Below, piece by piece: positions 37,358-45,270 of a DNA stretch of 64,000 nt; the first letter of the stretch is position 1, and every line of letters begins with the position of its first letter. A program made the position numbers and the translations under genes. The stretch spans positions 11,656-75,655 of the forward strand of contig JBOICI010000036.1 of NCBI GenBank assembly GCA_050739955.1. The letters run 5' to 3'. The notes under the pieces were generated by a model. The model was not told the DNA's origin, made no database searches, and saw nothing but the letters and a program-made list of their open reading frames with translations. Source of the stretch: Moraxellaceae bacterium (GTDB lineage Bacteria > Pseudomonadota > Gammaproteobacteria > Pseudomonadales > Moraxellaceae).

Positions 37358-37969
37358 ATGAACAAGCAAATCAACCTGCCCCTGAGCTCAGGGATCAAAG
37401 CTGCCACTCTCGCTCTTGCCTTCGCCAGCACAGGCTTTATTGCCGCCGCTCATGCTGAGCCTCCTGCCTCCGGCTTCCAGATCGGTATTGATGGCGGTAA
37501 AGCCGAGGCCGATGGTGTGTGCGATAACGTGACCAATTGCGAAAGCTCCGATAAAAGCTTCCGCGGCAATGTCGGTTACCAATTCAATCCCTATGTAGGC
37601 GCTGAAGTGGGTTACACCAGCTTCGGTACCATTTACGACACCCAAGACAATCAGGCTGATGCCTCGCAGGAAGCCGGCGCCATCACGGCCAGTGTGGTCG
37701 GCACCATTCCCTTGGGTGAAAAGTTCGGCCTCTTCGGTCGCGTGGGTGCGGCTCGTTATGATCTGGAAAACAGCGGCAGCATTCAGGGCGTGCCTGTTGA
37801 AGAAGGTGATAACGACGTTAAGCCCTATTACGGCGCCGGTGCCCGCTTCAATGTGACGGAAAACTTCGCCCTGCGTGCGGAATACCAGATCTATCAGGAC
37901 CTGGCCGGCGTGGATGGCAATAACGACGACGTTAACGTCTGGTCGGGTGGTGCGCTCTTCACTTTCTAA
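37358..37969 (+). CDS. outer-membrane beta-barrel protein (OmpA-like TM domain family)
   Basis: Signal peptide ...FIAAAHAEP, alternating beta strands, and a C-terminal ..WSGGALFTF ending in Phe. Confidence 0.75.
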   Translation: MNKQINLPLSSGIKAATLALAFASTGFIAAAHAEPPASGFQIGIDGGKAEADGVCDNVTNCESSDKSFRGNVGYQFNPYVGAEVGYTSFGTIYDTQDNQADASQEAGAITASVVGTIPLGEKFGLFGRVGAARYDLENSGSIQGVPVEEGDNDVKPYYGAGARFNVTENFALRAEYQIYQDLAGVDGNNDDVNVWSGGALFTF

Positions 37970-37980
37970 GTAAGAGCCAT

Positions 37981-38011
37981 AAAAAAACGCCGCTGTATGC
38001 GGCGTTTTTTT
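37981..38011. terminator. bidirectional rho-independent terminator
   Basis: AAAAAAACGCCGC-TGTAT-GCGGCGTTTTTTT. Confidence 0.85.
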
Positions 38012-38030
38012 ATGCGTAAAGAGCTCAGGG

Positions 38031-38492
38031 TCAGATTCGGTGATAGTCGCCATCGAAGAGGCTGAACCATTCATTGGGCGAGGGATGCATGCTGGAAAAC
38101 GGTAGGTCTTTAACGCCATAGGCATCCAGTACCTTGACCGCATGATCGAGACAGTTGTTACCGCGCACCTTGTAGCCGGCCTCCCGCGTACGCTGTGCTT
38201 CCACCTGAGCCGCATCCGGATGCGGGTCAGTAACCTGAGCCACCTTGAAGACATCGTAACCACGCAGTTGCATGACCTGCATCATCTGCGTGAGCTGGGT
38301 AAACGACTGTACCCAACTGCCATTCTCATCGCCGGGCGGAATCACCGGATCGCCCTCAAAGTTTTCCGTGGAGCCGCAGACCAACTCCTTTTGTTCTCCA
38401 TCCGACAGAAACGCCCAACCAACATGTCCCGAGCAACCCAGCGGCATTGGCGCTCCGTTTTTCCGCAGGAAAATATAGGCACGACCTTGCAT
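38031..38492 (-). CDS. hypothetical protein with a His...Cys dyad in permuted-papain (PPPDE/LRAT-like) order
   Basis: 153 aa. GHVGWAF (His) occurs early and GNNCLDHAVKVLDAYG (Cys) late. This parallels the H...NNCNHF arrangement of PPPDE-type peptidases. No signal peptide is present. Confidence 0.45.
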   Translation of the reverse strand: MQGRAYIFLRKNGAPMPLGCSGHVGWAFLSDGEQKELVCGSTENFEGDPVIPPGDENGSWVQSFTQLTQMMQVMQLRGYDVFKVAQVTDPHPDAAQVEAQRTREAGYKVRGNNCLDHAVKVLDAYGVKDLPFSSMHPSPNEWFSLFDGDYHRI

Positions 38493-38825
38493 GACTCACC
38501 TCACCCCTTCAGTCTTCCGACTTGTGATGCAGATCACATACGGCGGAGCTAGATATAGAGCCTGCCGCTCATAAGAGCCAGTGACAAAAGTCATTCTCCG
38601 TAAAAACCGCAATTTTCCAGATATATCGCACAGATGTTTTAAAAACCGGCAAAGAATCAGCAAGGAAAAACACATAAAACCTTACAGACAGAAACGAATC
38701 CTTAATATTTCTACCGTGGGAAAATTCCGCAGAGGAATCAAACAAAAAACGGCCAATCACCGAAGGAAATGTCAGCCGAAAATCTGACAGTCGCCCAGAA
38801 GAGACAGCCCTGTCGCCAGCAAACG

Positions 38826-39404
38826 TCAGATTTTCAGCAGGGTCTTGATTCGTGCCTGCAAAGCCGGCACCACCTCCTGTTCAAACCAGCGATTTTTAGA
38901 CAACCAGACATTGTTCAGCGGACTGGGGTGCGGCAAGGGCATGACATCGCCAAAACGCTGCCAATCCTTCACACGCTCCGTCAGAGAACCCTTGGCCTTG
39001 GGCAGATGCCAGGCCTGGGAATACGCACCTATGGCCAGCACCAGCTCCAACCCGATGAATTCGTCCATCAGGCGCTGTCGCCATTGCGGCGCGCACTCCT
39101 TGCGCGGAGGCGCATCCCCCGAGGCCGCCTTGCCGGGATAGCAAAAACCCATGGGCAGGATGGCGATGCGGGTCTCGTCGTAAAACACATCACGACCTAT
39201 GCCCATCCATTCGCGCAGACGGTCGCCACTGGCATCCTCGAAGGGAATGCCGGAGCCATGCACACGGCGCCCCGGCGCCTGGCTGGCAATCAGAATGCGG
39301 GCCGTGGGGCTGAACTGGAGAATGGGGCGCGGGCCCAGCGGCAGATGGTCGGCGCAGAGCGTGCAGGCTCGAACTTCATCGAGCAGAGGAATACGACGGG
39401 ACAC
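38826..39404 (-). CDS. uracil-DNA glycosylase superfamily protein
   Basis: CTLC...LIASQAPG (motif A-like) and HPSPLN (motif B). The length of about 190 aa is typical of family 4/5-type UDGs. Confidence 0.8.
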   Translation of the reverse strand: MSRRIPLLDEVRACTLCADHLPLGPRPILQFSPTARILIASQAPGRRVHGSGIPFEDASGDRLREWMGIGRDVFYDETRIAILPMGFCYPGKAASGDAPPRKECAPQWRQRLMDEFIGLELVLAIGAYSQAWHLPKAKGSLTERVKDWQRFGDVMPLPHPSPLNNVWLSKNRWFEQEVVPALQARIKTLLKI

Positions 39405-39508
39405 AAGCTTTCCTGGCGAGGGCGGGGATGTCGCAGTCTACCTCGCCGGCAATATCGTCAGTCACTGAGCTATGGATTATGCTGGCGCCCGCTTTTTGGA
39501 GAGGCCTC

Positions 39509-39847
39509 ATGAGCAATGAATTGATCGTGGAAGATATCGTGCTGGGTGCGGGCAAAGAGTGCGTCAAAGGCGCCCTCATCCTCACGCATTACCGCGGCAC
39601 GCTGGATGACGGCAGCGAGTTCGATTCCTCGCATCGTCGGGGCCAGCCATTTGAATGCGTGATCGGTGTGCGTCGCGTGATACAGGGCTGGGATACGGGC
39701 CTGATGGGCATGAAAGCCGGCGGTAAGCGCCGTCTCTTTGTACCGGCCCATCTGGGCTATGGCGAGCGCGCTGTGAACGGAATCCCACCTAACTCGAATC
39801 TGCATTTTGAAATCGAGTTGCTGGAAGTCCGCACACGCGACGAATGA
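39509..39847 (+). CDS. FKBP-type peptidyl-prolyl cis-trans isomerase
   Basis: HYRGTLDDGSEFDSS...VIQGWDTGLMGMKAGGKRRLFVPAHLGYG...LHFEIELLEV is a canonical FKBP domain. GGAGAGG RBS lies upstream of ATG 39509. Confidence 0.9.
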   Translation: MSNELIVEDIVLGAGKECVKGALILTHYRGTLDDGSEFDSSHRRGQPFECVIGVRRVIQGWDTGLMGMKAGGKRRLFVPAHLGYGERAVNGIPPNSNLHFEIELLEVRTRDE

Positions 39848-39880
39848 CTTCTTGCTGCAAGAACAACCGGGAATTCTTTT

Positions 39881-40291
39881 ATGAAAAAACCTGCCGAACT
39901 CAATGCCATGGCCGCCGGCACCCTGCCCGGCCTGCTCGGCATTACGATTACCGAAGTCAGCCGTGAGGCCCTGCGGGCCGAACTGACCGTGAGGGCCGAC
40001 CTCATGGCCCCCAACGGCTTTCTGCATGCCGGCACCGTGGTGACACTGGCCGACAGCAGCTGCGGCTATGGCTGCATGGCGCTGCTGCCGGAAGGCGCCA
40101 ACGGCTTCACCACCATCGAGCTCAAATCCAATCACTTGAGCACGGCACGTGACGGTCATCTGGATTGCGTGGCCACGCCTGCGCATCTGGGCCGAACCAC
40201 GCAGGTTTGGGATGCCGTGGTCACGCATCGCGAAAGCGGCAAAACCATTGCCCTCTTCCGCTGCACGCAGATGGTTCTTTATCCCAAGTAA
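39881..40291 (+). CDS. PaaI-family hotdog-fold thioesterase
   Basis: NGFLHAGTVVTLADSSCGYG motif in a 136-aa hotdog fold. Confidence 0.8.
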   Translation: MKKPAELNAMAAGTLPGLLGITITEVSREALRAELTVRADLMAPNGFLHAGTVVTLADSSCGYGCMALLPEGANGFTTIELKSNHLSTARDGHLDCVATPAHLGRTTQVWDAVVTHRESGKTIALFRCTQMVLYPK

Positions 40292-40335
40292 TACGTCTCT
40301 CAAAAGCAATAGCAGCTGAAAAACCGCCGAATCAT

Positions 40336-41133
40336 TTACGCATCGCGAAAAGGATTCAGGCGGTTTCCCAAGTGATATTGCAGGGCTACCGGCAGCGGTC
40401 GCACGCTGCTGGCAATCAGCTTGTTCACCATACCGGGCACGCAGACCGGTTTGCCCTTCATCACTGCCTCCCAGCCTTCACGCACCACTTCATCAGCTTC
40501 TTGCCAGAGCAGGCCCGGCAGCTTGTCGGCCTCGTCACGCGTGCCCATGGCATCGTGAAATTCGCTGCGCGTAAAACCCGGGCACAGCGCAGTGACATGT
40601 ATGCCCTGCGGCTTGAGCTCCATATCCAGCGATTGCGAGATATTCAGCACATAGCTCTTGATGCCGGTGTAAAGCAGGCTGGCGCCCGGCGGTGAAAACG
40701 CGGCCAATGAAGACAGATTGATAATGCGGCCCCAACCGCGTTCGCGCATGCCGGGCAGCACGCGATGACAAAGCTCGGTGAGCGCCGTCACCATGAGCTG
40801 GATTTCTCCGGCCAACGCCGACCAGGGCGTTTCGCCAAAGGCCGTTTTCCCGGAAAGACCGGCATTGTTGATAAGCGCATCAATGCTCAAACCTTTCTTC
40901 TGTGCGAAAGCCATGATGGCAGCCGGTGCTTGCGCATCATTCAAATCGGCGGCAAACACTTCACAGCGCACACCGTGGGCCGCAACAAGCTCAGCCGCAA
41001 TCTCCTCAAGACGCTCGGCACGGCGCGCCACCAAAAGCAGTGCATAGCCCTCACGCGCCAAATGGCGGGCAAAAGCCGCACCGATGCCGGCGGAAGCGCC
41101 AGTGATAAGAGCAGTACGGTTATGTGCAGTCAT
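40336..41133 (-). CDS. SDR-family oxidoreductase
   Basis: TGASAGIG cofactor motif, NNAG, and the YxxxK catalytic motif (YTGIKSY). Confidence 0.85.
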   Translation of the reverse strand: MTAHNRTALITGASAGIGAAFARHLAREGYALLLVARRAERLEEIAAELVAAHGVRCEVFAADLNDAQAPAAIMAFAQKKGLSIDALINNAGLSGKTAFGETPWSALAGEIQLMVTALTELCHRVLPGMRERGWGRIINLSSLAAFSPPGASLLYTGIKSYVLNISQSLDMELKPQGIHVTALCPGFTRSEFHDAMGTRDEADKLPGLLWQEADEVVREGWEAVMKGKPVCVPGMVNKLIASSVRPLPVALQYHLGNRLNPFRDA

Positions 41134-41165
41134 GATGTCCTCTCAGGGTTTTCTCAAAACAGTTT

Positions 41166-41744
41166 TTAAAACAGGGCAGGAATTTCACGGCGGCCGGGCA
41201 CAAAGCCCCGGCGCTCGCGGCCGATATCGCCGCGATAGGACGCAACCGGCCCCTGCAGCAGAAAAGGATAGGGCTGGCGCCGCTGCGCCGCCGTGAAACC
41301 ATAGGTGCCTATGCCGAGGTAAAGGCCGGGCGCGACCCGCCTTACCTCGTCGACCATATGCACGGTGCCGCACAGTGAATGGAAATGCCGGTAGACCAAT
41401 TGATAGGCCGGACGACCATCAAAGCGCGAAGGCGCCAGCCGCGTCTGCATGGCATAGCGCTGTATCACTTCGCTGCCCTGCAAGAAGGTGTTGTAGCCCC
41501 GCCCGGTTTCACCATCCACGGGCCGGAAAGCCTTGCACAGCCATGTCCGTAAGGGGTTGCCCACCGCCAACCAGCCGGCAAATGCCGCTACAGGATTGGG
41601 CTGGGCTAGCAGGCGGGCTGCATATTCGCCCTGCATCTCGCTCAGGGCCGGCACTTCCAAGGTGGCAAAAAGTGCCAGCAGCTCCTGGCTGGAGAGCCTG
41701 TCCAAGTCTTTGGCTTGTAAATCAGCGGACGCAATCGTCTTCAT
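41166..41744 (-). CDS. hypothetical protein, co-transcribed with the SDR gene
   Basis: 192-aa ORF lying 32 nt upstream of the SDR gene and divergent from the TetR gene. Its layout is faintly similar to the GXWXG/DUF4334 protein at 36580 (MQGEYAA..; ..VDEVRRVAPGLYLGIGTYG). Confidence 0.5.
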   Translation of the reverse strand: MKTIASADLQAKDLDRLSSQELLALFATLEVPALSEMQGEYAARLLAQPNPVAAFAGWLAVGNPLRTWLCKAFRPVDGETGRGYNTFLQGSEVIQRYAMQTRLAPSRFDGRPAYQLVYRHFHSLCGTVHMVDEVRRVAPGLYLGIGTYGFTAAQRRQPYPFLLQGPVASYRGDIGRERRGFVPGRREIPALF

Positions 41745-41895
41745 GTCTCCCCTCGCAAAGCCATGCCTTGAATGGCATTCAAGGAGCGCATGCTAGCCGA
41801 ATTCTTGATTGCCGTTCAAGAACCCATACAATGCCTTGGACAAGCGGCATGCCGTTTCATTCTTAGCCCACCCGCCGCATCGCCCCGGAGCCCTC

Positions 41896-42429
41896 ATGGC
41901 ACGCAACAAACGGGAACAGGACCGCGACAGCAAACGCGACGAAATCATCGCCTCAGCACGCCAGCTCTTTCTGGAAGACGGCTACGAAGCCACCGCCATG
42001 AGCCGTCTCGCGGCCACGGCCGGCGTCGCCCCCAATACCATCTACTGGTACTTCAAAGACAAAGACGAAGTGCTGGTGGCCGTGCTGGACGCAGAATTCA
42101 CAAAGCGCGCCGCGGAATATCTGGAGCGGCACTTCACTGATAGCGCAGAACGCCTGCTCTGGATCGTGAACCAACTGGAGCTCACCAGCCGTCTGGTCAG
42201 CACCGTGCATTCGCGCGTGGCAATCTCGCCGCAGATCAGCGCCTGGCATGATCGCTTTCATGCTTTGAGCGAAGGCATGATCCGCCTGGAGCTCGCACAA
42301 AAAGGCCTAGCGCCCGAGCGCATAGAACCGCTGGTGAAAATCTGCGTGTTCGCGATAGAGGGTTTGCTGGCACACCCCATGTCCGACGCTGAAAAGCGCA
42401 GTATTTGCGCTACGCTGGGCGCGATTTAA
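41896..42429 (+). CDS. TetR-family transcriptional regulator
   Basis: N-terminal HTH (RDEIIASARQLFLEDGYEATAMSRLAATAGVAPNTIYWYFKDKDE). Confidence 0.85.
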   Translation: MARNKREQDRDSKRDEIIASARQLFLEDGYEATAMSRLAATAGVAPNTIYWYFKDKDEVLVAVLDAEFTKRAAEYLERHFTDSAERLLWIVNQLELTSRLVSTVHSRVAISPQISAWHDRFHALSEGMIRLELAQKGLAPERIEPLVKICVFAIEGLLAHPMSDAEKRSICATLGAI

Positions 42430-42452
42430 TCGGCGCACTTTTTGGAGCCCGC

Positions 42453-43313
42453 ATGAAAAGCCTAGCCTTCATACATCGCAACGATATGCGCTTTGCCGTG
42501 GGCGACTTTTCTCCCGTGCTCTCCGTGTTTTCCTATAACGAGCTGGGCAATACCGTTTCGCCCTTCCTGCTGCTGGACCATATCGGCCCCGGCAAGCTGC
42601 TGCCCTCCGAGCGACCCGGTGGCGTCAACGAACATCCGCATCGCGGCTTTGAAACCGTGACCATTGTCTACAAGGGCGAGCTGGAACATCGCGATTCCAG
42701 CGGTGGCGGCGGTCTTATCGGTGCCGGTGATGTGCAGTGGATGACCGCTGCCTCCGGCATTATTCACCGTGAATTGTTCAGCCCTGCTTTCACGCAAAGC
42801 GGCGGGCCGTTTGAAATGGTGCAGCTCTGGGTGAATCTGCCGGCGGCCGACAAAATGAATGCCCCGCGCTACCAGAATCTCACCAGCGCCAGCATTCCTG
42901 TCGTGGAGTTACCCGATGATGCAGGCACGGTGCGCGTGATTGCCGGCCGTTTTGAAAATATCGCCGGCCCTGCTCTCACGCATTCGCGCCTGCAAGTGCT
43001 GGATGTGCGCATGAGCGCCGGCCACAAGGTCCGCTTTGCTACGGAAGATGGCGATACCGCGCTGGTTTATCTCTTAGCGGGAAAGCTGCAATTCAGTGCA
43101 GAGGAAGTGTTGGAAGAGCAGGCCATGGCCGTGATGTCCAGCCAAGGCGCTGCATTGGAAATTACTGCACTGGAAGGCAGCCGTTTCCTGGTGCTGAGTG
43201 GCGCGCCCTTTGATGAACCCATCAACGGTCATGGGCCTTTCGTGATGAATACCTACGACGAAATCCTGCAGGCTTATGACGACATCAAAAGTGGGAAGTT
43301 TGCCAAGCCGTAG
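42453..43313 (+). CDS. pirin-family protein
   Basis: Cupin metal motif HPHRGFETVTIVYKGELEHRDS, a bicupin-length protein, and a C-terminal FVMNT..EI.QA..D pattern. Confidence 0.85.
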   Translation: MKSLAFIHRNDMRFAVGDFSPVLSVFSYNELGNTVSPFLLLDHIGPGKLLPSERPGGVNEHPHRGFETVTIVYKGELEHRDSSGGGGLIGAGDVQWMTAASGIIHRELFSPAFTQSGGPFEMVQLWVNLPAADKMNAPRYQNLTSASIPVVELPDDAGTVRVIAGRFENIAGPALTHSRLQVLDVRMSAGHKVRFATEDGDTALVYLLAGKLQFSAEEVLEEQAMAVMSSQGAALEITALEGSRFLVLSGAPFDEPINGHGPFVMNTYDEILQAYDDIKSGKFAKP

Positions 43314-43423
43314 GGTGGGTAAAGGCGTAGCCTTTACCCACGCGTTGCAGCCTTGACTCAACAATGTGCTCTATTTAATTCTCATCCGCGTGGGTAAAAC
43401 CCTTCGTGTTTTACCCACCCTAC
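43310..43423. repeat. inverted pair of REP-like palindromic units (GTAGGGTGGGTAAA...TTTACCCACGCG type)
   Basis: Unit 1 at 43310-43344 is GTAGGGTGGGTAAAGGCGTAGCCTTTACCCACGCG. Unit 2 at 43387-43423 is CGCGTGGGTAAAACCCTTCGTGTTTTACCCACCCTAC, in the opposite orientation. Each unit is itself a hairpin. Confidence 0.8.
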
Positions 43424-43431
43424 GAAAAACA

Positions 43432-44172
43432 TTACCCCTTCTTTTTCGCCGGCTTGATCATGCGGCGGGCACCTTCCGCCACGAAATCCAGCATGTCGGC
43501 ACGTATGCCACTGCGTATGGCGCGCAGGGCATCGGCACGCACGCGCAGTTTGGTGCGGTAGTGGGCACGCATATCCAGTTCGGCGTAGCGCGCGGCCACG
43601 GCGGCGGCGTGGGCCTGCACTTCGGCGGCGGGCAACACCACATCGAGAAAGCCGGCGGCACAGGCGCTTTCCGGGTTGTAGATTTCGGCGAGTATGGCGG
43701 CGCGGGTGAGATGGCTGGGCAGCAGACGCTGACGGCAAATTTCCACGCCGGCGCGCGGCATGGTGAGGCCGATGGCCACTTCATTGGCACCCAGTTTGAA
43801 ATCACCCGCGGTACCAACGCGGTAATCGCCGGAGAGCATGAGGAAGGCGCCCATGGCCAAGGCATGGCCGGGGCAAACCATCACCACCGGTGTGGGGAAA
43901 GAGAGAATACGCTCGGACAATTCGAAGCCGCCACGCAACATGGAGAGGGTTTCGGTGGGACCGCCCTTGCGTATGATGTTGAGATCAAAGCCGGCGCTGA
44001 ACACATTTTCGCGGCCGGTGAGCAGCACGACTGCCCTCGCCTTTTCGGCTTTATCGAGGGCGGCATTGAGATCGGACTGGAGGCGTGGGGAGACGACATT
44101 GGATTTGCCGTCGTCCATCACGATCTTGGCGATGGGGCCGTTGAGTTCGTAGCTCACTAATGAGGTGGTCAC
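43432..44172 (-). CDS. enoyl-CoA hydratase/isomerase (crotonase) family protein
   Basis: Crotonase fold motifs are present (VVLLTGRENVFSAGFDL; CPGHALAMGAFLMLSGDYRV). Confidence 0.8.
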   Translation of the reverse strand: MTTSLVSYELNGPIAKIVMDDGKSNVVSPRLQSDLNAALDKAEKARAVVLLTGRENVFSAGFDLNIIRKGGPTETLSMLRGGFELSERILSFPTPVVMVCPGHALAMGAFLMLSGDYRVGTAGDFKLGANEVAIGLTMPRAGVEICRQRLLPSHLTRAAILAEIYNPESACAAGFLDVVLPAAEVQAHAAAVAARYAELDMRAHYRTKLRVRADALRAIRSGIRADMLDFVAEGARRMIKPAKKKG

Positions 44173-44424
44173 TTGTTGCCTCGCTTGGGAATTGCGGAAT
44201 GCTTGCGGTGATATTGCCTGTGGATCGGGCTAAGTGATTTGCCGGGATGACGTTAAGTGTTGTCGGGGCGGCTAGCAGGAATCCTGTAAACCGTGGTCAG
44301 GGTTTTGTAGGAGGGGCTTTAGCCGCGATTGTTTTTGTATGGACCTGAGATTCATGAAATCTGATGTGTTGGGTGACGCTGGTTGATGGCGGGGTTTTGC
44401 GCGTGCTGCTCTGCTGTTTTCCGG

Positions 44425-44700
44425 TTGCCCGGGAGTGCGGAGATTTGGGCACTGTCGGGGATTCGGTGAAGTGCTTCGATGGGGTTGCTTCTGTTGTTTA
44501 TTCCTTAACGGGATTGCGGCTGCACCGGGCCTCACTTTCTTTGCTTCGCCTAAAGAAAGTAAGCAAAGAAAGGCGAGCCCTGCGGGCAGCCCTTCATTTG
44601 ATAAGAGCTGTGTTCTTTTCTGCCGACATCCGGGTGGTGCTCGCGCGTTCGCGACTCGCGAATACCTTCGGTTCTTTTAATATGGGCGGGGTCGTAGGTT
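44425..44700 (+). repeat. ~280-bp interspersed intergenic repeat, copy A
   Basis: It shares long near-identical blocks with 52011-52291 in the same orientation: TTGCCCGGGAGTGCGGNGATTT..ACTGTCGGGGATTCGGTGAAGTGCTTCGATGGGGTTGC; GGCCTCACTTTC..AAAGTAAGCAAAG.AAAGGCGA; GGTGCTCGCGCGTTCGCGACTCGCGA.TACCTTC. Confidence 0.85.
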
Positions 44701-45270
44701 GAGCAGGCCTTCGCAAGAAGCTGGCTGTGTGAGGGCTGTCGCTGCTCGGTCTGTGATGCCCTCTTTCCGCCAGCGCTGTAACGTTCAAAACCCGCAACAC
44801 CGCGACGGCCAAGAAAGAAACTCTGTCGCCCCGGAAGGCTTTAGTCCGGGGCCCAGTGACTTTGCTTTTGCTTTCGATCTTTCTTTTAGCTTTTCACAAC
44901 AAAGGAAAAGAACACAGATGCTTTGCTCTTGAGGCCCCATTGAGCCTGCCGACCGGAGCAAAGCCGGCCAAGGGAAAGCCGTACATGGATGTACGGCTTA
45001 GGCGAGGTGAGGCAGGGACGCCGAATCTCGCCGGCCCTTCGACGCCGGCTTTGTGGAGGGCGGGAACCCGGCGTAGCCGGGCAGGCGATCGGGGTGCGCG
45101 GGAAGTCCAGAGGGGCCGCCGCATCGCGGTCCCTTTGGGCCCGTCCGGCGAGGACGCGGCCGATCAAATAAACAAATGGCTCCGAGCAAGAGCTGCCAAG
45201 AATGAGAACTCCACATGCGGCGGAAACCCTTCGGGGTTCCTCCCTACGCGAGCTACGCAGCCTGCAGCCG

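Noticed and set aside
44272-44535. 87-aa minus-strand ORF with a similar ORF at 51849-52142, sharing the peptide QPHRSTSPNPRQ.
   Set aside because: The shared peptide is just the 280-bp DNA repeat translated. Outside the repeat the frames diverge. The products are Pro/Arg/Gln-rich with no start context.
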